Of a DNA stretch of 64,000 nucleotides, positions 24,779-38,370 are shown piece by piece. The stretch is from Haliotis rubra (Eukaryota): positions 930,001-994,000 of the forward strand of contig NW_025766989.1 of NCBI RefSeq assembly GCF_003918875.1. Direction: 5' to 3'. Positions within the stretch are counted from its first letter, which is position 1. Each line of letters opens with the position of its first letter. A program made the position numbers and the translations under genes. The notes beneath the pieces are model-generated. The model ran no database searches. It was not told the origin of the DNA and saw only the letters and a program-made list of their open reading frames with translations.

Positions 24779-26976
24779 CTTGTTGGTTTTACGTCATTGG
24801 TTGATCGAGTAATCAATTCATTGATTCTTTTGTTGAGGGCTGGAAATGTCAAATCTCAATGTTGAGAACATCTTGAAACACGAAATCACAATTATCGGAT
24901 ATGTTCTTTTATGAAACCATTTGCTTGTTCCCTTGGACGTTATGACATAGTAACTGATGTATTGTGGCTGAAATATGAGAAAATGGTGATTTAAAAAAAA
25001 TTCTATCTGTCAGCAAATCCGCGAACCCATATATATTTCAACATATGTCGTCATACATATTACACAGCAGAAGTATTGGAACACCCGATTTTCAGGGAAA
25101 AGGTGGAGATCATGTTCCCAATCCCTTTCACGTTGTGAAAAAAATGTGTTAAAATGAAAAAGTATTTCATATTAATATAGTTAATCCGCAACATTTATAA
25201 TACAGTACGATTGGGAAAATCATGTGATCCTATACTTCTATTGAATACAGTAGATTCGAATCGCTATTATTGGGTTGTATTACAAGGGGATAAACGCAGC
25301 AGTTGGAACAGTGAAACAAATGCACGTGCGGTACCTGATGAGTGTTAACTTAGGCCAGCTCTACTTGATCTCGGTGTTTCATTTAATGTGCATACACCCC
25401 TGTAATACATCCAATAATAGCTATTTAAAACTATGATCGTTTGTTAAACAACTTTTATCCTAAGTTGAATAAAAACTCTGAGATTTTAATGTTCAATTGG
25501 CAAGGTAAAATTATGAGGATTCGCATTCTTAATTTCACTTTATTCGATTTACTTTTTTGTTTAAAGTGAAATTCATCGGAACATTCTCACTGCAAACAGA
25601 CTATAGTGTGTTGTCGTAAAACTTCAAAGAGGTCGTAAAAATTTCCATGCATGCTTTATGTTATTTACTCATTCAGACATACAGCATTTTTATCACGGCT
25701 CTGAGTAGTTCAATATTGTCGTGTCTCCTGGGGATTTTTTCAAATTTTCAACATAAAAAACCCCCATAAAACATGTTTCTCAACCAGACATATACTGACC
25801 TAGACTAACGATTAGTTTGTGAATATTTATAATTTTGACAGAAACATAATTCCACATAGATTGGAAAGGAGCCCCAGTGAAATGGGAAATTCAGAACCTG
25901 AGGAGAATCTAGACCTTCTTCATTAAGGGTTTCAGTATTGCAGAAAGGACTGGGCGGAAGGGTTTCAGTATTGCAGAAAGGACTGTACTTGGCGGACGTG
26001 CAGGGAACATACTTGTATAGCCCAGATCAGAGACTGTGAGACAGAACTGAATATGCTGACACAAATGTTACATCGACCAGTCCTTGTTGTACCCATTAAT
26101 GCCGAAGACAGAGAACGATGACGCAACCGGGGATGTGTTCAGTTCAGAGAGAATGCTGACAAAAATGTTACATCAAGTGTGTCGAAGACAAGAACGAAAG
26201 TGTGTTCAGAAACATGGAAATCTGTTTATTATTTGTCTGTCGTACACACTGAAACATCGACAGATTTTACACAAAGGATCATTCGCTGGGTTGAAGTCGG
26301 TAAAACACGTGGAAAATAACAAGTAAACAGTCTTAGATTGCATGCCTTTCGTTATGCGAAACAAGTGTTAGTGCGCAAACTAGACCGATAAGATACATAT
26401 TTCTGTGTATTTGAAAAAGTGTTGTTTTGTGGGATATGCCTCGCTTAGGAAACATGTCACATAAATGTACTCATTATTTGTTTACGGAAGCTTTCTACCC
26501 GTTCTTATTTTGTACCATTGTGATTGCAAAGACACAAGTCGGAATCTTCTAATCAGATAGGTGTCTTCGCTCTTCACTGGGACCCCCAACATCGACGAGC
26601 GTTATCACATATCCCCAAGAGATGTTCGATTAGGCTTGGTTTCATCTCCCCCACAACGATGTTACCTGAGAAGCTCACGAGACCTGTGCAAACACAGCTT
26701 AATTACAGGTGTCAACACACCCATAGATTAGCATGAGACAGGGAAGTGGATTTGCAGTAGACAACGATGGTAATTGGAGACAACGGGAATGATGAAGTCC
26801 GTTCGTGTCTTCCTGAATATGCAGCTTGCCACTTTGATGATTAAACTGAATGTTATTTGGAATATATTTCTTGAAAAATTATTATATTTTTATGTGAGAA
26901 GGGGATAATCGTTCGGATATTGAGAGTGTTGTAATATTTACATTGAATCTTTTCAAAAATTAATCAACAGTCAACA

Positions 26977-27216
26977 CGCCCGTGAAGATCCGGGTTAGAA
27001 TTGATCTTTAGCAACCCATGCTTGTCATACGAGGTGACTTACGGGATCGGGTGGACAGGCTCGCTGACTTGGTTGACACATGTCATCGTATACCAGTTGC
27101 GTAGATCGATGCTCATGCTGTTGATCACTGTTTTGTCTGGTCCAGTTTCGATTATTTACAAACCGCAGCTGTATAGCTGTAATATTGGCGAGTGTGGAGT
27201 TACAACAAACAAACAT
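26977..27216 (+). mobile_element. SINE family B
   Basis: TSD acagtcaaca (26967-26976 / 27217-27226); begins cgcccgtgaagatccgggt. Older B and A fragments follow at 27250-27480. Confidence 0.92.
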
Positions 27217-27532
27217 ACAGTCAACAAGGCTTAAAACAACATCCGCGGGATAGGCGACTAACCGGATCGAATAATCAGGATCAGTGACTTGGTTGATACA
27301 AGTCATCGTATTCCAGTTAGGCATGTCGCTCATGATGTCAATCACTGGATTGTTCCTGACTCAACAATATATAGACCGCTGTCACATATCTGGAATCCGA
27401 TCATCGTACACAGGTGGGGAATCGAACCCGGGTCTTCTGCGTGACGAGCGAACCCTTCAACCACAAGCCTACCCAACATCCTGTAATTAATGTAAAAATG
27501 TCATCCAATATGGATTCTATGTTGATGAGGAT

Positions 27533-27991
27533 GGTGAGGTGAGATGAAGAATATTTCGCTCATATGACGACGTGCATGCGTGTGTATGTGTATGTGCGGC
27601 TACTTGTACTAGCCCAGACTTAAGCTGGTGTTAAAGTGCTAGCCCACTGAGATACCATGCCGCAGTGAAGCATGAATACCCCACTCAGACACATTATACT
27701 GACTCCGAGCCTCCAGTCCTTGTTGCACCCATTAATGCCGAGCGCCAGACAGGGACCAAACAAGTACAATATTTTAACACCCATAGATTAGCATGAGACA
27801 GGGAAGCGGATTTGGAGTAGAGAACGATGGTAATTGGAGACAACGGGAATAATGAAGCCCGTTCGTGTCTTCCTGAAATATGCAGCTTGGAATGATGAAA
27901 CACGTCTTTTGGTATGACGCGGCCGGGGATCGAACCCGCGACCTTCCGCTCTCCGGGCGGACGCTCTAACCACTACAACATGGAGGCGGTC
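27533..27991 (-). mobile_element. SINE family C (Meta-type) carrying a ~123-bp templated insertion
   Basis: tRNA head at 27920-27991, Meta-type core 27650-27778; insertion 27779-27901 copies 26717-26828. Confidence 0.92.
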
Positions 27992-29794
27992 CTGACGAAA
28001 ATGGTGTCAGAGGCAGATAATGGTGTATGGTTACAGGATGAAGACGTATAACTGACCACAGGCAGGACACCGACCTAATGAACGCAAACAAATGGACAAT
28101 ACATGTCACAGGAGTGAACTACGGTGACCAGGGTCATTTAAGAAAATAATGAATTCATTTAGGCTCGGAGGTAACTCTACGATTGTAGGAAATAAAGTCC
28201 TCAGTACAAAAGGACATTTGTAAAAAAATAGCGTTAAAAAAGTCCTTTTGTAGTAAAAACTGATTTAGTTATTTATTTGACAAGTTTGACATCAAACATT
28301 AAAAACAACGTAGCAATCACATATTACGACTATGATTAGATTTTTAAATTGATGTTTGGTCTTTTAAACGACATCTAAAAATGCGATTCGTTCTTCCACA
28401 ATCACACTTAAAATTCAGCCATTTCTTTATTTTTTAATTAACTGTTGTGCTGTACGGTATTGATAATTTAGTTTGCGGTTTCTTGTGTCTGCATTTGCTT
28501 TCCAACAGCTGCCCAGTTTCAAAATGAATATTCTAAAAATAAATACAGGAAAGTGATATTTTGAAAAATCCTTGAGACAACAAAGTAATGTAAAAAATCT
28601 CGCACTGAAGTTACGACGGAGTGCCAAAATGCATTCAGAAAAGGGATTACAAGGACTAAAGTCAATATGCCCCCACCCCAATTTAATACGTAAATGGGTT
28701 TCTGTCCCCAATATCTACTATGATTTATACTTGATAAACTTTGAACATCGCGTCAAATAGGCTCCATCTAATGTCGTAATTTGATCAAAGTGGCATAGAT
28801 GGGAAAACGACTAACACTCATTTATCCCTCAAATCATTTCCCGGAATAACGGGTCTAATTGATTCATCCCATTTTGACCGTCACGCACCTTCTTCAGACA
28901 TGTATGTTTATAAGGGTGTCAAAATAACCCTCTGTTGTCAGGAGCTTGGCCCGGACTACTGATCTGGGATAATCGGGTATGTCGGGTGTCGATCACGGCG
29001 CCATGGGTGTTGACGTGCTATCATAGACATAAACAAGGGTATTGCTGTCTGCTTTTTAATCTTCACGCCTTAATTATCCCCTGTCCTCTGATGCTAGAGC
29101 ATCTTCCCCACCCGGCGTCGCTCAGTCTCCCTCGCCATGTTAACACGGGTGTCGTTTGACCCCTTGAACAACGCACGTATGTAACAAGCCTTCTGATTGG
29201 TTCGTAAGGACTAGGCGGCAGTGTACCTGAAGAGGTGTTGTTTGTCCGCTGTATCACTCCGCGCGCCCGCCCTTGCGGAGAGCCTTTCACCGTTGAACCT
29301 GTTTAGTGGCCATACCCTCAGCTATTGTTCAACTCACGTGCTCAAGGTGTACTAATATTTGGGGAGGATGCGGGGACAAGTCATTAATTGGCGGGGAGGG
29401 AAGGTTAAATATATCATAAGAGACGTTTGGGGAGCTAAGCAAAACACTACGATTGGCCAAAACCCTGTTGGGTGGCGGATGGGAAGCAATTCACGACATG
29501 CCATAAACTGTCAAGATTCATTGTTACACTACGCTATTACGACGGCTTTTGGTATAAGTAGTTATGAAGCTGTGATTGTCACGTTACCCTTGACCTTTAA
29601 CCTGTGTCAGTAATACGCATGCTTGATTGAGTTTGTAATGGATTAACTTCAATTTACACAGAATGTTGTTGTAATCACAGAACCTGAATGGTTTCACTGT
29701 TGTCAATGTGACTGTTGAACTGTGCTGAACCACACAAAATGTTAAACACATGTTCCAAGTTCATTAGGCATGTGAAACGAGTCTTCTGTATCCT

Positions 29795-29960
29795 ACAAAT
29801 GCGGGTTAGAATTTGTCTTCAGCAACCCATACTTGTCGCTAGGTGGATACTAAGGGGGTATGTCGGTCAGGGTGGATCACTTGGTTGATTCACGCCATGG
29901 TATTTAACTGCGTGAGTTGATACTCATGATATCAATCACTGGATATGTAGAATAATGCTG
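29795..29960 (+). mobile_element. Old SINE family B with an expanded A/C-rich tract downstream (to ~30145)
   Basis: gggttagaatttgtcttcagcaacccatacttgtcg...cttggttga...atcactgga. Confidence 0.7.
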
Positions 29961-30361
29961 ATTGCCCCCCAAAGAAACACACACAAAAACAAAAACAAAA
30001 ACAAAACAAAAAACAACAAAAACCCAACAAAACAAAAAATCCCACCCACACACACAATAAATTCACCCCAATCAACGACAACAAAAATATCCCACCCCAA
30101 CCACAACAAAAATAAAATAAAATTAAATTAAACAATTCCAAAAACACCCTCTCCGACATAGAGGTGCCTATCGGGTTACGCTTAAAGCTATGGGTATATT
30201 TGAGGTAAGGTGAAATGGGGTGTAACATCGCGTTCAAGATTATTGCACTTACAGAGCGCCATACAGGTGTGTGTGAGTGATTGCGTGCTTACGTACGGAC
30301 GTATACTTATTTTATAGCGCACGCCTACTGAGTAACCAACACAGTTTATCATGGAGACTCA

Positions 30362-30522
30362 GGAGCGGTACTATAGCCTAGTGGTTATAGCGTTCGCTCC
30401 TCACCCCGAAGACCCGGGTTCGATCCCCCACATGGGTACAATGTGTGAATCCCATTTCTGGTGTTCACCGCCGTGATGTTGTTGGAATATTGCTAAAAGC
30501 ATGCTCACTTATACTGACTCAC
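30362..30522 (+). mobile_element. SINE family A
   Basis: A box, B box and family body; followed by a decayed family C fragment (30525-30620, minus). Confidence 0.85.
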
Positions 30523-30730
30523 GGAGACCCACTCAGACATTATATTCCCACTCCAACCTGACAATTCCTTGTTTGATCCCGAGAATGCCGAACATCAGGC
30601 AGGGTAACAACAAATACCATCTTCAAACGGGATTTACCCATGGACTTAGGCTCTGAAGGCAATCACTCTATCCACAAGTCAAATGCTCCTAAAGAAGTAC
30701 TGTCGATCCAGGGGTTGAAGTTCGATGTAA

Positions 30731-30860
30731 CTGACTGACTGAGTTTGGTTTTACGCCGCTTTTAGCAATATTCCAGCAACATCACGGCGGGGGACACCAG
30801 AAATGGGCTTCACACATTGTGCCCATGTGGGGATTAGGAACGCTTTAACCATTAGGCTGA
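30731..30860 (-). mobile_element. SINE family A with internal deletion
   Basis: TSD gttcgatgtaa on both sides (left 30720-30730; right immediately after the element). Confidence 0.88.
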
Positions 30861-31586
30861 GTTCGATGTAAAGGCTTACTTGCATGCTAGGATCCGCTGA
30901 TCGTACTAATTGTGATAGTTACTTTGTCTGCATCGTGTCCGTGTCTCTAATTTGAAGTAGAAAAGACTTTCATACTGAATGTTTATTTGTTAAAACGTAT
31001 GTTACAGTTTAACATTTGTAGCAAACATACTTAAATCACGGCATGTTCGTATGAGGTGGCAGTAAGGCACGGAGTGACGCAGGTGGACGGCGTCAACAGC
31101 TTTGTTATTGCCAACGCATAATGTATAACGGGCATACAAACACAGTGACATAATCGAATCGACAAGCGGATCCTGTATATAATATAAGGGACGCAACTCT
31201 ACAGTATTAGTTTTTAGAGAACGGTTTTTCCATTTTTGTCTGATCTACTTATTACGGAACGAGTTCTTACTTTTCAGAGATGAAATAGTGATAACTTCCG
31301 TTTTTAAAATACAACTATAGTATGAAGACGATTGGTTAATCATCTCATTTGCATAGCTCGCACAGCTAGTCATTTGATCTGTTGGGCGCGAAAAGACCTT
31401 TATATGTCCAAGTCGCCCTAGAACCGGAATACCATACCTTACCGTTAGTCTTTGACTACATGATCACTCTGGCGAACAGGGACGCGGGTCTGATCTCACT
31501 TAACAAAACACAATGTGCAAAACTTCTTCTTTAAAAAGTATATTTCCTTATACCACACATAACTCCTTACGTTGCCTAACATTACA

Positions 31587-31960
31587 GGGGTGGAGCGCAG
31601 TAGTGCAGTGGTAAGGCGTCTGCCTATCACGCTGAAGACCCGGGTTCGATCCCCGGTGGAGGCACCTAGGTTCGGGTCCCGAGGTGGGCACATTTGCGTA
31701 GTATCCGTGGACAAGATACTTAGATCCACATTGTCTTAGTTCACCCAGCTGTAAAATGGGTACCCGTGAGGATGTGCTGGCAATGTGAGTGTTTAGTTCG
31801 TTGCGCCTAACAGGCAGCATGGCTGTATACTCCCCAGGGAGTTGAAGAATTATCGGAAAGTACGATAGTGTCCTATGAAAAGGGATAGTAATGTACGTAG
31901 CGCCGTGAGCAGGCAATGTGCCTGGATATGAGCGCCATATAAGCGGACAATTACTATTAC
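31587..31960 (+). mobile_element. SINE family D (CORE-type, tRNA head, L2-like tail)
   Basis: A box tagtgcagtgg and B box ggttcgatccc. Segment gtatccgtggacaagatactta...ttagttcacccagctgtaaaatggg aligns with the recalled CORE domain (gtgaccttgggcaagttactta...ctcagtttcctcatctgtaaaatggg). Tail agcgcc.tgag...gcgccatataag...(tta/c)n. Confidence 0.85.
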
Positions 31961-34900
31961 GTTGCAGATGCTGTGTTCCTTTTATATGACTTTATGCATG
32001 CTCCGAGAAAAATGATATAAATATTTAAAAAATTATAGCCAGGGGATGAAACAAATATATCTATTACAAAGTATATGGGTACCTCTGAGGTTATAGGCTA
32101 AAATAGACGAACATGATACAGCTCAGGTGTACATTTCACTGTCGTGAAGACAATTTAACCCTGGCACAGGCTTGCCTAACATTACAGGTGAGGGCTAGAC
32201 AATATAATAAACAACTTTAAAAACAATTGAATTTAAACAGATGATATTAAATTTCAACTTCTATAAAAAATGTGTGAAATATTTCTTAAAATAAAATAAA
32301 AGTACTTTCAAAGTATTATTTAATTTATTCCACCAAAACTTCATTTCTACAAAATGTCATTAATTAACCTTCAGCAATTCTTAACTACCTCGACCCTAAA
32401 TTGACCTTTCATGCAACCCATACAGAGATATGTACAAATGAAGAACATTGAAGCAGAAAGGGTGGCCTTTGAGGCTTTGTTACTATAACAACGGTTCCTG
32501 GCAACTAACAACTTTTTTTCAAGTACTTCATAAAAGGGCACCAGCAAACATGGGTTGTATTGCTCTTAGATTAACCTTTCTATACCTCTCATCAAAGCAG
32601 CCTCCAATTCTACGTAAATCTGAGGAATATTACAGGAAAGACGGCAAAAACGTTAAATATAACTCATTAGCCCCATCTCTATAAGCAACCATTCTCTAGT
32701 TAACAAAACTCTTCAAACATAAAATCCTGAAAGCGTCAATACTGCTTACAGGAGGTGTAGAAATTATCAATAATATTTCATTGGGAATTACTAATTGGCC
32801 ACTTTCCCCAAACTCTTCATTGTAGCAATTTCGGTGCTATTCACGAACCTTAGACACCAAACACTTGGCTTGCCTCTTAATTTCTCAAGAACCTTATGAT
32901 CGACGGCCTAACTAGAGTCAATTAAGAGCATGGTATCTCTCGTGATGTGGTGTTCCCAAGATGGGGGGCGAGGAACGGATGGCTGAGTTCGGTCAAACCT
33001 CTTTCCATCCTCTCGAAACATGTGACAAGGGCCAACACGGGACGGGTGAATTTCAACTCATTGTCATCCCAAAGACATTGGAGTCAGAAGGATCAATTTA
33101 GTCCGCGTTGAAAGATCATTCAATTCCAGTTGTAATTGAATTCACATTTGGAAACCTATTTAAATCCAATCAGAGGAAGGACGACAGTTCTATGCAAGCG
33201 AGAAACGGCGATTGAGAGATAATTCCACTCCTCTTCATCCCTTGCTCTCGTCTACCTGTACATCACAAGACCTCTTCTCACGAGAAGTTAGTCATTTTAC
33301 ACAGAAAATATTTATTCAATTGATTCGCGAGCCTCTCCGACATTTTAGTTGGTTTTTAATTATGTCTGAATAAAATGTTTGATGTTCACTTGAGCCTGGA
33401 ACAGAAGTTCTATTCTTCGCGATGCCCCGTCTCGGCATCTTGAGGCAGTTTAACATCGTTACAGGGTGGTGTGTTTTCCCCTCTCTCCCCCTACAATGTC
33501 CACACCCGCGGGGGACAGGGAGCACAGAATTAACGCTCTTCTTGCCCCCTTTAGAAAACACGTCGGATCCAAATTGACGATGAGGGCCTGTGAACGGTAT
33601 CCATACGCCTTTCCATCTTGAAAGGATGATTGCCCGAGGAACGATTAAGACTTTCCTTTACATGCTTTTATCAACTGCGTATACGTTTCCTTGCGTTTCA
33701 ATGCGCCTGTTAAAATTTAAATAGCTACTAGATTGCTGGAAAATGTCTATTTCTCTAGCAAACAGCAAAAGTAAATCATTTCGAGGGTACCGGGTGAATA
33801 GATCAAGGGGTTTGGATTTATGAGTATTTTTTGGAACAAACATAATTATGGTTTGGAATTGAGTTTTGAACTTGTTGCAATCAGTGAAAGACGTTAAAAT
33901 GATTAAAGAACTCGGAGATGCTACGGGGCTTGAAAAACGTCCTGGTAATTGATGATTTCGCTGTTATCGTGCCCCTTGTAAATGGGAAATATACGGAAAT
34001 ATGTTCATGTGATCATTATCATGGAACTTGCAACAAAATAATGATCTGGATATGATCAAGTGGAACAACAGTACAACTATCTAAACGTTTGCCCGTGTAT
34101 ATTGCATTTTAAGACACTTCTAAACACCATGCCATGAAATCACTTGTCTGGTCATCGGGTTCAGGGTCAGACATTGGTCAGCGATGGTCAGTTGGACAAA
34201 TGATATCCATTCAGTGTGACCCATGAACAACGAAGCTTCCTTTAAGGAGGGCAACTGGTCGTTTATTCAGTGTATTTAACATTTTCTAACAGATATTAAA
34301 TCTAAATTGCCGAACAAAAGAAAGTATAAACTTGAACAACAAATATTATCAAAATGTTAATAAACACTGAAAAAGTTCCAACAAATACATCAATACCGTA
34401 AAAGTATTTCTTGTTTAATTCAAATTTAGACACCATAGTGTACTTTCTTTTGTCCGGCTGTATATCTATAGGTTATTTCATCTAACTTTTCAAACGAGTT
34501 ATCTAAAAAAATAAACCAGTACTCATCATTGTTTAACCAAGTATCATTAAAACGTACCAAACAATCCTATGTGTTGCTTTAGAATTCCGGGAACAAATGG
34601 ATAAAATGATACCAATTTCTTATTGCCCTCAATTTCATTACACTGAAGACGCCATAGTCTTATGACATCGGACGAGGTTACAATGCAGTGACGTCATAAC
34701 TTATAGAATTAATAAGTATTATGTAAAATGGGAATGAAGATACATTTTGATTGGTACTTTTTTTTACAGATTATGACTATTTCACATTTTATCCTTGATT
34801 CTCGACTCATCGCTTCATGTATTATATCGTTGAAGGGGATGAGTACAAGATCATACCACTAGTCACCAGAAGATCGACATTTCTAGGTATCGACTACGAT

Positions 34901-35013
34901 TGGGTTTCATATTATCCTATTTGCTTTGATATACTGAAAGCATGTGTTACACCTTAGCACTTTAATTCGTTTCAAAACGAGAAAATATAGCTCAGATACC
35001 ATTACATATATTC

Positions 35014-35304
35014 CCCCGACCGCGTCATACCAAAAGACGTTGAAATATGGTACTTGTTGGTCCCTGCCTGGCGCTCGGCATAAATGGGTACAACAAGGAC
35101 TGGTCGGCTTGGAGTCAGTATAATGTGTCTGAGTGGGATATTCATGCTTCACTGCGGCATGATATCTCAGTGGGCTAGCACTATAAAACCAGCTTAAGTC
35201 TGGGCTAGTACAAGCAGCCACACATACACATACACACGCATGCACGTCGTCATATGAGCGAAATATTCTCAAGTACGGCGTAAAACCCAATTTCACCTCA
35301 CCTC
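35014..35304 (+). mobile_element. SINE family C, 5'-truncated
   Basis: TSD acatatattc (35004-35013 / 35305-35314). Confidence 0.93.
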
Positions 35305-35706
35305 ACATATATTCAATGTCTGAAAAATTGCCGATATGACTATAAATTCTGACTCACTAAAAAGTATTCAAACGATCTTCCCTGGAGAAACAAAATGACG
35401 CTTGCAACGTTCAGTCCTAAGGATCAGGCTGCATGTTCAGACGGCTGTGGGGGTAGCCTGATGGTTAAAGCGTACGCTCGTCACGCTGAAGAATATTGAG
35501 AAGCTTGAATATTGCTGAAAGCGGCGTAAATCAATACTCACTTATTTAGACGGCTAGATAAAATGTACACTGACGATATCAACCCATGAGAATGATCAGT
35601 CGCAGCTCAAGTCAAAGAAAGTTAAAACCCTGATGTTAGGCATCGATGTACATGACGGCTAGATTCCATTTATCATCCTTATTTTTTTTTGTTTCTGTTT
35701 ACAGTC

Positions 35707-35870
35707 GGGTAGCCTAGTAGTTAAAGCGTCCGCTCGTCACGACGAAGGCCCGGGTTCGATTCCCCCCACATGGGTACAATATGTGAAGCCCATTTCTGGT
35801 GTCCTCCGCCGTGATATTGCTGGAATATTGCTAAAAAGCGGCGTAAAACCATACTCACTCACTCACTCAC
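35707..35870 (+). mobile_element. SINE family A (a deleted A copy also lies at 35443-35543)
   Basis: TSD tctgtttacagtc (35694-35706 / 35871-35883). Confidence 0.94.
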
Positions 35871-36789
35871 TCTGTTTACAGTCAAAGTCAAAGTCAAAGG
35901 ACAGCTGACTAGCCTCAGCATCATCAAAACTAGTGATGTCATTTGTTTTTGATGTCATGGTAACCGATGACATCATAACGGTCTGCAAACATTCAGATGA
36001 AAATTCATTGTATCGAATTCTTAGCAATATCTTGAAAAGTCGTTTTTTGATGATAATTATGATCATCAGATGCCAATCAATTATGATATCCTACTAATGT
36101 GGATATTAGCTGAACAATAGCATGTTATCAGATAGTCGTCGGTATTCAATGCATCCTCTGAATTACTGATGCCCGTAGGATTTAACCAATGCTAGATCTC
36201 GTGATATACTGGATTCATGCAAAAATATAGACATGAATTCAATGCATTCAAGTTGCAATGCATTTAAATGCATGCTTAGGTATGATAGATAATCATTATC
36301 TTAATCTTCATTAAGTTTTAAGGACGTATTTGTGATGCTTGAAACCTTAACGATGGATAAAGTGGAACGGAGACATATTCTATGACGATCGATACATGCT
36401 GGTTTCTCGTGTTTGACAAAAGAACATTTTGTTAACAGAACTGAGACGTTTTCTGAGAAAAGAATCAGTTCTTTCTTTCACTTTGATCTTCTGTTTCGGT
36501 CCAAGGATATATTTATAGTGTGTGAAACTTATCGACATTTGTATTACATTCTTTCAACATTCCAGAATTTGTAGTTTATTTAACACAATTTCAACAAGAC
36601 AGATTTTTTTCATTTTATGGCCAGGCGTTCCTCGGCTTAGTTGACGTAAGAATAAGTGTGTACCTATTCGCTTTCAGAAATGTTTGAGACATATGACGGT
36701 GAAGGGGGCATTTGGAAATAAAAACCCATCTCAACTCCATCCGCGTGAGAGCGTCCAACGAAAGCTACCAATGCGCGAACACACATTTT

Positions 36790-37043
36790 TGTTTGTTTGT
36801 TTTGTTTTGTTTTGTTTTGTTTGTTGTTTAATGCATCATTCAGCAATATATTATGGCGTCGGTGTGTAAAGACTCGAGTATGGACTAGACAATCCCGTGA
36901 TCAACATCATGAGCATCGACTTACGCAATTGACATACGATGACGTGTCAACCAAGGCAGCCAGCCTGACATCCTGATCACTTTAGTCGCCTCTTACGACT
37001 CTTGAGTTGCCGAAGACTAATTCTAACCCGGATCTTCACGGGT
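36790..37043 (-). mobile_element. SINE family B with (AAAC)n tail (partial family A follows at 37200-37309, minus)
   Basis: Family consensus ending at ...ggatcttcacgggt (37043). Confidence 0.9.
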
Positions 37044-37549
37044 AACATATTCCTGAACTAAATGTTGAATAGAAGTGTGGTAAAATGGAGACATGTTGAC
37101 GAATGAATATTATTTTTCATTACCTTATTGTTTTTACTTTGATATTTACTGAACGGTCCATGTCCCTGTAATAGAAATGCGTTCTAATTTCATCTTGATC
37201 ACCGCGAGGGACACCAGAAATGTGCTTCACACACTGCACCCATGTGGGGAATCGAACCCGGGCCTTCGTCGTGACGAACGAACCCTTTAAACACTGGGCC
37301 ACATCACCGATCCGTTTCAAGAGAGGCACATCGATTAAAATAGATCGGTTGAATACATTATTTTTATAACATTCAAAGGGTTATATTTATTGCCAATGCC
37401 ACATGACCCATGTTATATGATAAATATTGTAACATATTTCAAGGAATCTGTAATATTCAATTTGCGATGAGGCAATGCTTCGAAGTCTCTCATACAGGTT
37501 CCATGTTTAAAACAGACCCATTTGACATCTCCATTTCAACGATAGCAGC

Positions 37550-38370
37550 CAGTACTGGTCCCATTTTAAGCCTGTACCCATCCGTTTTTCGCTCTGTATT
37601 AGTCTCCTTTTCACCCCGTACTCGTCTCCTTGTCACCCCGCACTCACCACATTTAGACCCCATACACATCTGCTTTTCAACCCGTGCTCATCTCCGTTCC
37701 TCCCTCTCACAGTCCCCTTTCCCCCTGTACACATCCCCTTTTGGTCCCGAACACATCCTCTTCAGCCCGTACTCGCCCACTTTTCACCGCCTTTATACCC
37801 AATACTCGTCCTTATTTCAGCCTGTACTGATTTCCTTTTCAGCCCGTACTCACTCCTTTTTCACCCAGTGCTCATCTCTGTTCCTTCCTCTCACAGTCCC
37901 TTTTCACCCCGTACACATCCCCTTTCGGTCCCGAACACATCCTCTTCAGCCCGTACTCACCCACTTTTCAGCCAGTACTCACCCACTTTTCAGTCCGTAC
38001 TCACCCACTTTTCAGCCCATACTAACCCACTTTTCAACCAGTACTCACCCACTTTTCACCGTTTTTTTGCCCAATACTCGTCCTTATTTCAGCCTGTACT
38101 GATTTCCTTTTCAACCCGTACTCACCTCCTTTTCACCCTGTACTCATCCCTGTTCCTCCCTTACACAGCCCCTTTTCACCCCGTACTCACATTTTCACCC
38201 CGTACTCACCCCCTTTCCACCCCGTACTTATCTCTATTCCTCTCTTACACAGTCCCTTTTCACCCAATACTGACCCCATTTTCAGCCATGCGCATCCCTG
38301 TTCATCCCTTACACATAACCTCAGTCCATTCAGATCCCCTTTCCATCCTGTGCTCGTCCCTTTTCAGGTC
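37550..38370. repeat. Diverged C/T-rich minisatellite (~22-bp unit cccgtactcacccacttttcag) with higher-order duplications
   Basis: Recurrent ttttca[c/g]cccgtactc; blocks 37690-37790 ~ 37870-37970 and 37770-37930 ~ 38040-38190. Confidence 0.9.

Noticed and set aside
31344-31395. Octamer ATTTGCAT plus E2F-like site as an snRNA promoter
   Set aside because: No recognisable snRNA body nearby; single motifs are expected by chance or in TE debris.
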